Position numbers and translations under genes: made by a program | Notes under the pieces: generated by a model | What the model was told of the DNA's origin: nothing | The model's database searches: none | What the model saw: only the letters and a program-made list of their open reading frames with translations | Assembly: GCF_004353825.1 (NCBI RefSeq) | Contig: NZ_SMNA01000003.1 | Location: forward strand, 372,001 to 436,000 | DNA: 64,000 nt | Source: Occultella glacieicola | GTDB taxonomy: Bacteria > Actinomycetota > Actinomycetes > Actinomycetales > Beutenbergiaceae | Direction: 5' to 3' | In this document: positions 53,467 through 62,234 of the stretch, one piece after another | Position numbering within the stretch: the stretch's first letter is position 1 | Layout of the letters: every line of letters starts with the position of its first letter

Positions 53467-56400
53467 TCACGCGCCCGTGACCGTCACCACGACCTCGTCG
53501 CTGACCCCGTTCACCGTGAGCACCACGGTCGCAGTGCCGGGTGCGACGGCGGTGACCTCACCGGTCGCCGGGTTCAGGTGGAGCACCTGCGCGGCCGGCT
53601 CGATCGCGCCCTCGGTTCCGTCGGAGATCGTCACGCTCTCGCCGGACCAGTCCGCGCTCATCGGCCACGCGACCGGGACCTCCCGCCCGTCATCCTGGGT
53701 CACGGTGCCGGTCACCTGGGCCACCTGCCCCACGGTCAGCTCGGTGGGCAGGTCGAGGGCGAGCGCGTCGACCCGGGGGCGCACCTCGGCGCGCAGCCAG
53801 GCGAGCCGGTCCGCCACCGGGGTCGGGTCCGCCCCGACCACACCGGCGTCGGGGTCGATGCCGAGCAGGGTCCAACCGGTGAAGCCACCGTCGGCCGGCG
53901 TCGAGGCCGGGGACTTGCCGGAGTTGCCGTTGATGACGTTGGACACGCCGTCGAAGCTGCGCGCGTGGAACGCGCCCACGTGGGCGTTGACCACCGCGAC
54001 CGACCGCCCGCTGGTGGCCCGGAAGTCCGCCAGCAGCGCGTCCACGGCGGCGGCCTCGTGCCGGTCGGAGATCTGTGAGGCGTCCCCGGGCAGCGGATCC
54101 TCGGTGGGGTGGTGGAAGAACACCACCACACCGGTGACGGCCGGGTCGGCGGCGGCCTCGTCCAGGGCCTCCTCGAGCATGCGGATCTGGTCGAGCCCAC
54201 CGGCGCGCAGCGACCCGGCGGAGGTGTCCAGGGTGATGATCCGGGTGGCGCCGAGATCCGTGACCTGCTGGGCCGGGCCGAACGCCGCCTCGAACTCGGC
54301 GATCGAGCCACCCATGATCTCGTGGTTGCCGGGCACGTAGAGCCACGGCACGGCGTCGCCGACCTCCTCGGTCAGCACCCGTTGGGCCAGGGCGAAGTCG
54401 ATCGGAGCGCCCTCGTCGACCAGGTCACCGTTGATGATGAGCAGGTCCGGGTCCGCGGCCACGATCTCGGCGAGCGTGCGCCGGGCGGCGGCCACGATGT
54501 CCGAGTCGGGGTTCCGGCCGACGAACTGAGCGTCGGACATCACCGCGATCTGCTGCGCATAGCCCGTCACGTCACCGTCGGTGACGATCACCGGGTCGTG
54601 CACCGGGGTGGCCTCGGGCTGGTCCACGTCGGGGGCGACGACGGCGTTGATGTCGGTGAAACTGATGTCGCCGTGGTAGCTCGCGGCGGACCGGGTCTCC
54701 ATGATGCGCACCCGTTCGAGGGTGAGCGGGTACGGGGCGCCGGTCGGCACGGTGAAGGTGACGTCCCGCCAGCCGTCCCAGGTGATCAGCGGGCCGTCGA
54801 GCTGACGGACCACGCCGTCGCCGTCGCGCACCTGGAGCCGAGGCCACGCGCCGGTGCCGTCGCCGTCGATGCTCATCGTGATCGCCTGCGGCTGCCCGTC
54901 GATCACGATCGGGGCGGGGGCCACCGCATAGGAGCCGCGGGTCGCCGTCGAGGTCGTGAAGTCGTGCTGCAGCCGCAGCGCGGGCTGGCCGTCCGGCCCG
55001 GTGGCCGTGGTCAGCGTGCCGGAGGCCCGGGCCTGCTCGAACCGCCAGGAGGCGCCGTCGGTCAGGTCGGTGATCGGCGCCGTCGTCAGCCCCACGGTGA
55101 CGGGCACCTGCACGATCTCGCCGGCGACCTCGAAGGTCACGAGCGCGGAGCCGGATCCGGTCGTGGCCCTCACGGTGTAGACGGCCGGGCCGGTGGGCTC
55201 CACGGTGAAGCCCTCGGTGACGCTCGCGGTGACGTCCGCGGTCTCGATCGGTGCGGAGAAGCCGTCGCCGTCATGGGCGTCGAGGGACACGGTCGCGGTC
55301 GCTCCCGCGCCGTCCAGGGCGATCTGCGAGCGCGACGTGGTGATGTGGTCGAGCGGCCCCAGCACGGTGAGCTCGGCGGTGCCGGTCAGCCGGGCGGCCC
55401 GGTAGCTGACCGTGACCGGGCCCGGGGTCACGCCGGTGAGCACGGCACCGGTGCGCTGCCGCTCGGTGACCACGGCGTTCGCGTCCCGCCCGCTCGGTGC
55501 CCCTCCGGGTGAACTGACGGTGATCAGGCCCCGGGTCGGCACCCCGGCGAGCTGGTCGGAGAGGCCGACGCCCTCGACCGTTCGGGTCAGGCCGGGGACG
55601 ATGTTGTGGGCGTCGGGATCGTCCAGGAGCGGGCGCACGGACACGTCGGTGAGTTGCTCGGCGTCGGCCGAGGAGAAGAACGCGAGGGAGTTCGCGACCA
55701 CTCGCGCCGAGCCGTCCGAGGGAGTGTTCACGAGTTCGACCTCGGTGCCGCCGGCGGGCCGGGCGACCATCGTGGTGGAGCCGCCGCCGTCGATGTTCAC
55801 CGCGTTGTACGCGCCGAGGTCGATCATGAGCTCGGCCATCTCGATCCGGGTGAGCCCGCGGGCGGTGGCGCTGCGGCCGTCCACGGTGGCGACGAGGAGT
55901 TCGCTTCCGTCCTCGGTGAGGCCGAGCACGGTGCGGGCCGCGACGGCCTCGTCCGGGAAGTCGGCGAGTTCGCCGTCCAGCACGAGCGGCACGTTGCCGC
56001 CGATGCCGAGGTCCACGTCGGAGCTCGGGCTGATGCTGATCTCGACGGCCTGACCGACCTCGAGGGTCCGAAGCATGGCCGCCCCGGTGCCGCGCCCGAG
56101 CAGTACCTGGGCACCGGCCGGCACGCCCGCAGTGCCGGTCCCGTCCGCGACCGCGGTCACCACATCGTCCCGCACGACGGCGGTCGCGACGTCGGTCTCG
56201 CCGGGCACGCCGGCCGGCCGGTCCAGCGAGGCGTCGCCCCAGCGCTCGTTGTAGGCACCGATGCCGTTCGCGGGCAGGGTTGCCCGGTTCAGGCCGGCGA
56301 GCTCGTGCGTGGCGCCGCCCGCCGCCAGCGTCCCGGCGGCGGACAGGTACTCGATCGCCGCGACGCCGTCGGCCATCGTGAACGCCGGGTACGGCTGGGA

Positions 56401-56847
56401 GTAGCCGTTGATGACCTCACCGCCGCTGATGGTGGTGAAGATCGGGGCGTTCGTGTAGTTCATGTCGAAGTGGTTGCCGTTCACGGCGGCGACCGCGCCG
56501 GTGCCGGCCACCTGGTCCAGCACCGTCGCGGGCGCGGTGGTGGTGCCGGAGTCGAGCACCTGCATGCTCAGCGTCGGCTCGGTGAGGTCCGCCACGAGGA
56601 TGTTGCCGGTGGTCCAGCCCTGGTCCTCCAGGCGCTGGAAGCTGGTCAGGTCCAGTCCGGGTGCGATCGGCCGGGTCGAGACCTCATGCAGCACGGACCC
56701 GTCGGCGTCGAGATCGAGACCGCCCGAGTCACCCGGGCGGACCAGGGCTGTCGGGGCGGGTTCGGCCGTGGCGGGCGCGACCAGCCCGGTGAGCAGGAGT
56801 CCGGCGCCGGCGAGCGCGGCGATGAGTCGTCGAGTGGACAGGGGCAC
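53467..56847 (-). CDS. secreted phosphodiester-glycosidase (NAGPA/DUF2233) + calcineurin-like metallophosphoesterase multidomain protein
   Basis: signal peptide; AAVNG, ART.LG, VDGR, NIDGGGSTTM; MSD, GDLVD, PGNHE, FHHP. Confidence 0.85.
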   Translation of the reverse strand: MPLSTRRLIAALAGAGLLLTGLVAPATAEPAPTALVRPGDSGGLDLDADGSVLHEVSTRPIAPGLDLTSFQRLEDQGWTTGNILVADLTEPTLSMQVLDSGTTTAPATVLDQVAGTGAVAAVNGNHFDMNYTNAPIFTTISGGEVINGYSQPYPAFTMADGVAAIEYLSAAGTLAAGGATHELAGLNRATLPANGIGAYNERWGDASLDRPAGVPGETDVATAVVRDDVVTAVADGTGTAGVPAGAQVLLGRGTGAAMLRTLEVGQAVEISISPSSDVDLGIGGNVPLVLDGELADFPDEAVAARTVLGLTEDGSELLVATVDGRSATARGLTRIEMAELMIDLGAYNAVNIDGGGSTTMVARPAGGTEVELVNTPSDGSARVVANSLAFFSSADAEQLTDVSVRPLLDDPDAHNIVPGLTRTVEGVGLSDQLAGVPTRGLITVSSPGGAPSGRDANAVVTERQRTGAVLTGVTPGPVTVSYRAARLTGTAELTVLGPLDHITTSRSQIALDGAGATATVSLDAHDGDGFSAPIETADVTASVTEGFTVEPTGPAVYTVRATTGSGSALVTFEVAGEIVQVPVTVGLTTAPITDLTDGASWRFEQARASGTLTTATGPDGQPALRLQHDFTTSTATRGSYAVAPAPIVIDGQPQAITMSIDGDGTGAWPRLQVRDGDGVVRQLDGPLITWDGWRDVTFTVPTGAPYPLTLERVRIMETRSAASYHGDISFTDINAVVAPDVDQPEATPVHDPVIVTDGDVTGYAQQIAVMSDAQFVGRNPDSDIVAAARRTLAEIVAADPDLLIINGDLVDEGAPIDFALAQRVLTEEVGDAVPWLYVPGNHEIMGGSIAEFEAAFGPAQQVTDLGATRIITLDTSAGSLRAGGLDQIRMLEEALDEAAADPAVTGVVVFFHHPTEDPLPGDASQISDRHEAAAVDALLADFRATSGRSVAVVNAHVGAFHARSFDGVSNVINGNSGKSPASTPADGGFTGWTLLGIDPDAGVVGADPTPVADRLAWLRAEVRPRVDALALDLPTELTVGQVAQVTGTVTQDDGREVPVAWPMSADWSGESVTISDGTEGAIEPAAQVLHLNPATGEVTAVAPGTATVVLTVNGVSDEVVVTVTGA

Positions 56848-56897
56848 GGTTCTCCTTCGATGGCGCGATCCGTGGCGGGGGCCGGGGTCCGGCCCAC

Positions 56898-56957
56898 GTG
56901 AACACTGGGCTGCACGTTACTGCCCCCCGGCGGCCCGGCGGTGAACGGCGGGTGTGC
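56898..56957 (-). promoter_or_regulatory. candidate PhoP (PHO box) promoter
   Basis: GCACACCCGCC-GTTCACCGCCG 11-nt units; GTTCACC ends 20 nt before TAACGT; second GTTCAC downstream. Confidence 0.4.
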
Positions 56958-57037
56958 AGCGCGCGGCACCGCGGTGACGCCTCGCCCGCTCATCGGCGTC
57001 CGCCCGGCCGGGACCTCCCGCTGCCCACCGACCCGGC

Positions 57038-57502
57038 TCACCCCCGCAACTGCTCGCGCAACTGCTCGCGCTCGGTCACGTCGTACCAGAGCAGGTCGGC
57101 GTCGCCGGTGGCCGCGAGCGCCGCCTCGTCACCCGCCACGGCCCGCCCGACCAGGTCCCGGATCTGCTTGTCGTCGGGCCCGTCCACGTGGAAGCTCACC
57201 ACCGCCCGCCACGGCACGTCGTCAACGTCCACGCCGGACGGCGGTGCCTCCTGCTCGGGTGCCCGCACCTGGGCGTCAGGTACGTCGGCGGCGATCACCA
57301 CCCGCAGCGGCACGGCCCCGGCGGCGCCGATCCGGTCGATGCTCTCGTCGGCGGCGATCAGCATCGCCGCGAACTCCCCGGTCTCGGCGTCGTCGTCGCC
57401 GATGGCGGCCAGCAGCGCCGGGGTGAGCGCATGCGCCCGGCGTGCGCCCACGCCGTCGGGCTCGTCGAGGTCGACCGCCGTGGCGGGAAGATAGATCCGC
57501 AT
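57038..57502 (-). CDS. conserved actinobacterial hypothetical protein (DUF6912-like)
   Basis: MRIYLPAT, AHALTPAL, RVVIAADV, SFHVD, LLWYDVTE. Confidence 0.8.
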   Translation of the reverse strand: MRIYLPATAVDLDEPDGVGARRAHALTPALLAAIGDDDAETGEFAAMLIAADESIDRIGAAGAVPLRVVIAADVPDAQVRAPEQEAPPSGVDVDDVPWRAVVSFHVDGPDDKQIRDLVGRAVAGDEAALAATGDADLLWYDVTEREQLREQLRG

Positions 57503-57586
57503 GGCGTCAGTGTGTCAAAGCCGCGGCCCGGGCGCCGGGACCCTGGGGACGAGCAGCGCCGTGCCGTGCCCGCACTGCGTGCCGGA

Positions 57587-58936
57587 TCACTGCCCGCGCA
57601 GCGTCCGGGCGACCCCGACCCGGTCCGCACGCAGCCCCCGGCCGCGCTCCCAGCGGCTCCCGGGCGCACCGCCCCGCACGCCGGCCCGAGCCTGCAGCGC
57701 CCGCGATACGTCGCGGACACTCTCCCTCGTCGCGGACCGTGGGGCCGCCTCGGCCCAGGAGGTGCCGGCGAGCAGGGCCCGGTCGCACATCGGCCGGTCG
57801 TCGGGCACGAGCACCGGATCGCTCACTCCGGCGAACCTGGCCAGCGCCTCCCGCACCGACGCCGCCGCACGAGGACCTGCGGCCGATGCCCGGACCCGGT
57901 TCACGAGCACGGTACGTGCCAGGGCGGCCGGGGCGACGTCGTCCACGTCGAGCAGGGCCTGCACGAGCCGCTCCACCCCGATCGGCTCGGCGGCGCCCAC
58001 CACGACGAGTTCGTCGGCGGCCGCGAAGGCGGATGCGGCAACGGCGTTGCGGCCGGGACCGAGGTCGAACCCGGATTCGTCCTCGGGCACGAGCACCGGC
58101 GCGTCCACGACCACCCACCGGCTGAGGTGGCGGGCCTGCTCCCAGAGCACGTCCAGGCTGGGACCGCTCACCTCCCGCCACCGGCCGGGCCTGGCCAGGC
58201 CGGGCAGCACCCGCAGGTCCTGGGCCACCCGGGGGCTCAGCCGGGCCAGGGTCGCGGCGTCGAGGGTGCCGTGATCGGCGGCCCGCACCGCCGCGGCGAG
58301 GCCGGCGAACTCGTCCAGCACGCCGAGTACCTGGGCCACGGAGGCACCCCAGATGTCCGCGTCCACGAGCATCGTCGACTCCCCTGCCGCGGCGAGCTCG
58401 GCGGCGAGGTTCACCGCGATCGTGGTGCGGCCCGGCGATCCGGCCGGGCCCCACACGACGACCAGCCGCCCGGGCCGGTCGGCGTCGGCGCCGACGCCCT
58501 CGATGGGGACGTCCGGCTGCCGCTCGGGTGCGCCGTCCGGGTCGGACCATCCGGTGCCGATCATGGCGTCGAACCGTTCGGCGGTGCGCTCGGTATCGTC
58601 ATCGGCGCCCGCGGCGAGCGCGGTGACCGCCTCGAGGAGATCACCGCCGCGGGCGACGGCGACCGCGCCGAGCCCGGTGTGCCGGTCCACCGCGCCGGAG
58701 TCGCAGAGCACGAGCGTGCGGGTGCCCGCGCTACGCAGCCGGCTCACAAGTGGGCGGTCGATCTCGAAGTCGGCGTCCACGACCGCGACCGAGCCGAGGC
58801 CCGCCAGGGCCGCGGCCAGGAGTTCCGCGGTGTCCGCGCACCGCCTGACCACGGACAGCCCCGGTGTGGCCGCGATCGAGGCGACCAAGGTCTCCTCGAC
58901 CTCCCCCCGCAGACAGAGCAGGACGCCGCTGGTCAC
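57587..58936 (-). CDS. MinD/CpaE-like P-loop ATPase with receiver-like N-terminus
   Basis: VWGPAGSPGRTTIAVNLA, LVDAD, VVVD, LVNRVR; GTGA overlap with the SAF gene. Confidence 0.82.
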   Translation of the reverse strand: MTSGVLLCLRGEVEETLVASIAATPGLSVVRRCADTAELLAAALAGLGSVAVVDADFEIDRPLVSRLRSAGTRTLVLCDSGAVDRHTGLGAVAVARGGDLLEAVTALAAGADDDTERTAERFDAMIGTGWSDPDGAPERQPDVPIEGVGADADRPGRLVVVWGPAGSPGRTTIAVNLAAELAAAGESTMLVDADIWGASVAQVLGVLDEFAGLAAAVRAADHGTLDAATLARLSPRVAQDLRVLPGLARPGRWREVSGPSLDVLWEQARHLSRWVVVDAPVLVPEDESGFDLGPGRNAVAASAFAAADELVVVGAAEPIGVERLVQALLDVDDVAPAALARTVLVNRVRASAAGPRAAASVREALARFAGVSDPVLVPDDRPMCDRALLAGTSWAEAAPRSATRESVRDVSRALQARAGVRGGAPGSRWERGRGLRADRVGVARTLRGQ

Positions 58937-59586
58937 GAGTCGGCCTGGCCCGGTAGCGGGACCACGGTGATCACCGCGTCCGCGCTGATGGCGTCCAGCA
59001 CCTCGGGTAGATCGTCCACCTCGATGAGGACCTGGACCTGGACCTGGTCGGCGCCCGCGAACAGCGAGGCGTCCTCGTGGACGTCCCAGACCTCCACGGC
59101 CCCGACGAGCAGTTGCGTCGGCCCCACGGGGGCGACCCCCTCGCCGTCGGGATCCGGCAGCGCCACCCACAGGTCCACGCGCGAGCCCTTCTCCAGGTAG
59201 GCCTCCAGCGCCGCACTCATCGGCAGCGAGATCGGCCGGACCTCGACCTGCGACTCGGTGCCGACCGCAGTACCCGGCACGAGCTCACCCGGCCCGACGG
59301 CGCGGGTCGCCACCGCGTCCTCGGGTACACCCTGGTCCGGGGTGAGGTAGAGGTCGACGTCCGGGACGTGCACCTGCACGATCTCGAGGTCCGCGGCCTC
59401 GATCGGGTCGCCGGGGCTGAGCGGCTCGTGCGTGCGGTAGACCTCGACCGTGTCGGAGGCGTTCGTCACCGCCCACGATCCGAGCGCGACCGAGGCCGCC
59501 ACCAGCAGGATCCCGATCCCCAGCCGTGGGTCCCGCCAGCTCGGTCGGCGCAGCCGCGCGGCCGCTGGTGCACTCGGTTCGGGCAT
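58933..59586 (-). CDS. membrane-anchored SAF-domain (CpaB/FlgA-like) protein
   Basis: RLRRPSWRDPRL.IGILLVAASVALG, L.PG..I...DL, RAVGPGELVP, GSRVDLWV. Confidence 0.8.
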   Translation of the reverse strand: MPEPSAPAAARLRRPSWRDPRLGIGILLVAASVALGSWAVTNASDTVEVYRTHEPLSPGDPIEAADLEIVQVHVPDVDLYLTPDQGVPEDAVATRAVGPGELVPGTAVGTESQVEVRPISLPMSAALEAYLEKGSRVDLWVALPDPDGEGVAPVGPTQLLVGAVEVWDVHEDASLFAGADQVQVQVLIEVDDLPEVLDAISADAVITVVPLPGQADS

Positions 59587-59660
59587 CGTCGCTCCCCCAG
59601 ACCCCCTCGCGCCTCGAGGAGTGCCCCTATGGTGCCAAGAGTTGGTCGCGAGCGGGAGAG

Positions 59661-59669
59661 TTATACACA
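59661..59669 (+). promoter_or_regulatory. DnaA-box consensus match
   Basis: TTATACACA fits TT(A/T)TNCACA; lies in the divergent SAF/HTH intergenic region. Confidence 0.45.
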
Positions 59670-59718
59670 GATTGCTCATGTTCCGCCGCGGCGACCGGTT
59701 CGCTGTCAAACTAGGCCA

Positions 59719-59970
59719 ATGGAACCGCGATTCCTCTCCCTCGCCGACGTGACGGAGGTCCTGAAGATCACGATGTCGCAGGCGCGCGCCCTCGTGCGCA
59801 GCGGCGAGCTGAAGGCGATCCAGATCGGCGGCAAGGGCACCTGGCGGATCGAGAACAGCGAGCTCGAGGCCTACATCGCGAGGATGTACCGGCGCGCCCA
59901 GGAGCGGATCACCCACGGCGAGGGCGTGCTGGACGATCTCGACGACGCTGCGGCGCGGACCGACGACTGA
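59719..59970 (+). CDS. small excisionase-family/MerR-like HTH DNA-binding protein
   Basis: RFLSLADV.EVL....ALVRSGEL.AIQIGG.G.WRI; CAAACT -10 6 nt before the ATG. Confidence 0.85.
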   Translation: MEPRFLSLADVTEVLKITMSQARALVRSGELKAIQIGGKGTWRIENSELEAYIARMYRRAQERITHGEGVLDDLDDAAARTDD

Positions 59971-60124
59971 CTCGCCGGGCTACGACGGCCGGACTCCTTC
60001 CCGCCCCGCCCCCGCCGAGAGTGCTGTCCTGGCAACCACTTCCGCACTCTCGCGGGATGGGTGGCCGGCGTAGCGGCGACCGCCGCGCTGTGAACGGGCG
60101 GGCGCACCGGCGTAGGTTCGGACG

Positions 60125-61696
60125 ATGAGACTGCGCGACCTCCTCGACGCCGAGGACCTGGACCTGCGGCTGCTGGTCGGGGACGAGAGCGCACTCGCAG
60201 CGCCGGTCAACGCGGTCTACACCACGGACCTCATCGATCCCGGCCGCTACCTCAGCGGTGGCGAACTGGTGATCTCCGGCCTGATGTGGCGCCAGGACCC
60301 GGCCGACTCGGAGACCTTCGTCGCCACCATCCGGGCGGCCGGGGCGGTCGCGCTCGCGGCCGGCACGGCCCACTTCGGTCCGGTGCCGGCCGACGTGGCC
60401 GAGGCGTGCGCACGCCACGGGCTGGTGCTGTTCGAGGTGCCGCCGCCGGTGTCCTTCGCGAGCCTGACCGAGTACGTGGTGGGCCGGGTGGGCACCGAGC
60501 GGGGCGACCGGCTGGCCGCGCGCCTGGACCGTCAGCGCCGGCTACTGCTCGCGCTCGCGCACGGGCAGACGGTGTCCGACCTGCTGGCGCAGGTGCGCGC
60601 CGAGACCGGTCTCGCGTGCCGGGTGCTGACCCCGACCGGTCGCCAACTCGCCGGGCCGGACGAGACATTGCCCGACGAGGCCCTCGAGCGGATCACGCTC
60701 GCCTACCTGCGCGACCCGCGCCTACCGGCAGTGGTGCCCGCCGTGAGCCGACCCGCGCGGCCGGGCGACGCCGTCGGCCCGTGGTCGATCTTCGCGAGCG
60801 CGGGCGCCCTCGCCGACCGGCTCACCACCAGCCTGGTGCTGGTGGAGGGCGCCTGGCCGACCTGGCCCGAGGACCACCTGGACACGATCACCCAGCTGTG
60901 TGCCGCCGTCGGGCTCGACGAGGCCCGTCGGGCCCCGGTGCGGCAGGTCGCGCGCACGCTCGCGGACGGTGTCTTCTCGCTCGTGGCCCAGGGCCACGGC
61001 ACCGGCGCCGAGGCCCACGCGCTTCTGGAGCAGTGCGGCGTGGACCCCACCGAACCGTTCGTGGCGCTGGTGGCGGGCCCCGCCGCCGGGGCACCTCCCG
61101 GCGCCACCGGGGCGATCCTCGACGACGTCGTCGCGCACCTCGGGCGGGGCGCCGTCGGTTCGGTGGGGCCCGACGGCGTCGCACCGGCCCTCGTGCCGGC
61201 GGCGGACGTGGACGCGGTCGAGCGCGTCCGCGCCGCGGCCGCCCGGCTGTCACCGGGCCTGGGCGCGCGCCGCTTCTGCGTCGGGGTCAGCGCGCGCACC
61301 ACGGACGCGGCGGTCGCCGGGGCCCTGGACGAGGCCCGCCATGCCCTCGCTCTCGCCCGGCTGCGCCCGAACCCGGTGGAGGTGGTCACCGCCGCCGAGG
61401 TGACCAGCCACATCGGCCTGCTGGCCGCGGTCCCGGACGAGGTTCGCCGGGCGTTCTCGGCCCGGGTGCTCGGCGCGCTGGCCGCGCACCGGGACGCCCA
61501 CCGGGACCCGTCGCTGGAGGAGACGCTCGTGGCGTTCCTCGAGCACGACGGGTCCTGGACCCGGACCGCCGGTGCCCTGCACCTGCACGTGAACACGGTG
61601 CGGTACCGGATCGCGCGGGTGGAGGAACTCACCGGCCGTGATCTGTCCAGGTTCGCCGACCGGGTGGATGTGTTCCTCGCGCTGCGGCTGCGCTGA
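60125..61696 (+). CDS. PucR-family transcriptional regulator
   Basis: TTDLIDP.RYL.GGELVI N-domain; LHLHVNTVRYRI C-terminal HTH. Confidence 0.92.
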   Translation: MRLRDLLDAEDLDLRLLVGDESALAAPVNAVYTTDLIDPGRYLSGGELVISGLMWRQDPADSETFVATIRAAGAVALAAGTAHFGPVPADVAEACARHGLVLFEVPPPVSFASLTEYVVGRVGTERGDRLAARLDRQRRLLLALAHGQTVSDLLAQVRAETGLACRVLTPTGRQLAGPDETLPDEALERITLAYLRDPRLPAVVPAVSRPARPGDAVGPWSIFASAGALADRLTTSLVLVEGAWPTWPEDHLDTITQLCAAVGLDEARRAPVRQVARTLADGVFSLVAQGHGTGAEAHALLEQCGVDPTEPFVALVAGPAAGAPPGATGAILDDVVAHLGRGAVGSVGPDGVAPALVPAADVDAVERVRAAAARLSPGLGARRFCVGVSARTTDAAVAGALDEARHALALARLRPNPVEVVTAAEVTSHIGLLAAVPDEVRRAFSARVLGALAAHRDAHRDPSLEETLVAFLEHDGSWTRTAGALHLHVNTVRYRIARVEELTGRDLSRFADRVDVFLALRLR

Positions 61697-61718
61697 CCTC
61701 TCGGGGTCCCGGTCCGGC

Positions 61719-62231
61719 TCAGTACGCCTCGCGGTCCGGTCGGGCGAGCCAGTCGTCGAACGGGGCCACCGCGCCGGGCACCTCGAGCGGGAGGACCGGG
61801 GTCGCCCACTCCGAGCGCGGCCGGGCGAACAGCTCGTAGAACGCGAGGTCGTCGAACCCGCCGCGGGCGGCGTCGTGCCGGTCCGCGGCGTAGACCACCC
61901 GGTCCACGCGGGCCCACAGGGCCGCCGCCAGGCACAACGGACACGGCTCGCAGGAGGTGTACAGCACCGTCCCGGTGAGGCGGAAGTCGCCCAGGGCATG
62001 CGCGGCCGCGCGGATCGCACAGACCTCAGCGTGCGCCGTCGGGTCGTTGTCCCGGGTGACCCGGTTGACGCCCTTCCCGAGTACCTCCTCGCCCCGGACG
62101 ATCAGCGCCCCGAACGGGCCTCCGCCGTCGGCCACGTTCTTGCGGGCGAGGGCGACGGCTTCGGCCAGCCAGTGCTCCTGCCGGGGATCATCGGTCACGC
62201 TCGGTGCCTCCGCGAGGTAGAAGTTGCCCAT
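61719..62231 (-). CDS. cytidine-deaminase-fold purine deaminase (guanine deaminase-like)
   Basis: GGPFGA, DPTAHAE, SCEPCPLC, GFDD; purine locus. Confidence 0.88.
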   Translation of the reverse strand: MGNFYLAEAPSVTDDPRQEHWLAEAVALARKNVADGGGPFGALIVRGEEVLGKGVNRVTRDNDPTAHAEVCAIRAAAHALGDFRLTGTVLYTSCEPCPLCLAAALWARVDRVVYAADRHDAARGGFDDLAFYELFARPRSEWATPVLPLEVPGAVAPFDDWLARPDREAY

Positions 62232-62234
62232 GGT

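Noticed and set aside
59719..59970. Excisionase as a prophage remnant
   Set aside because: No integrase or phage genes nearby; stand-alone HTH proteins of this type are common in Actinobacteria
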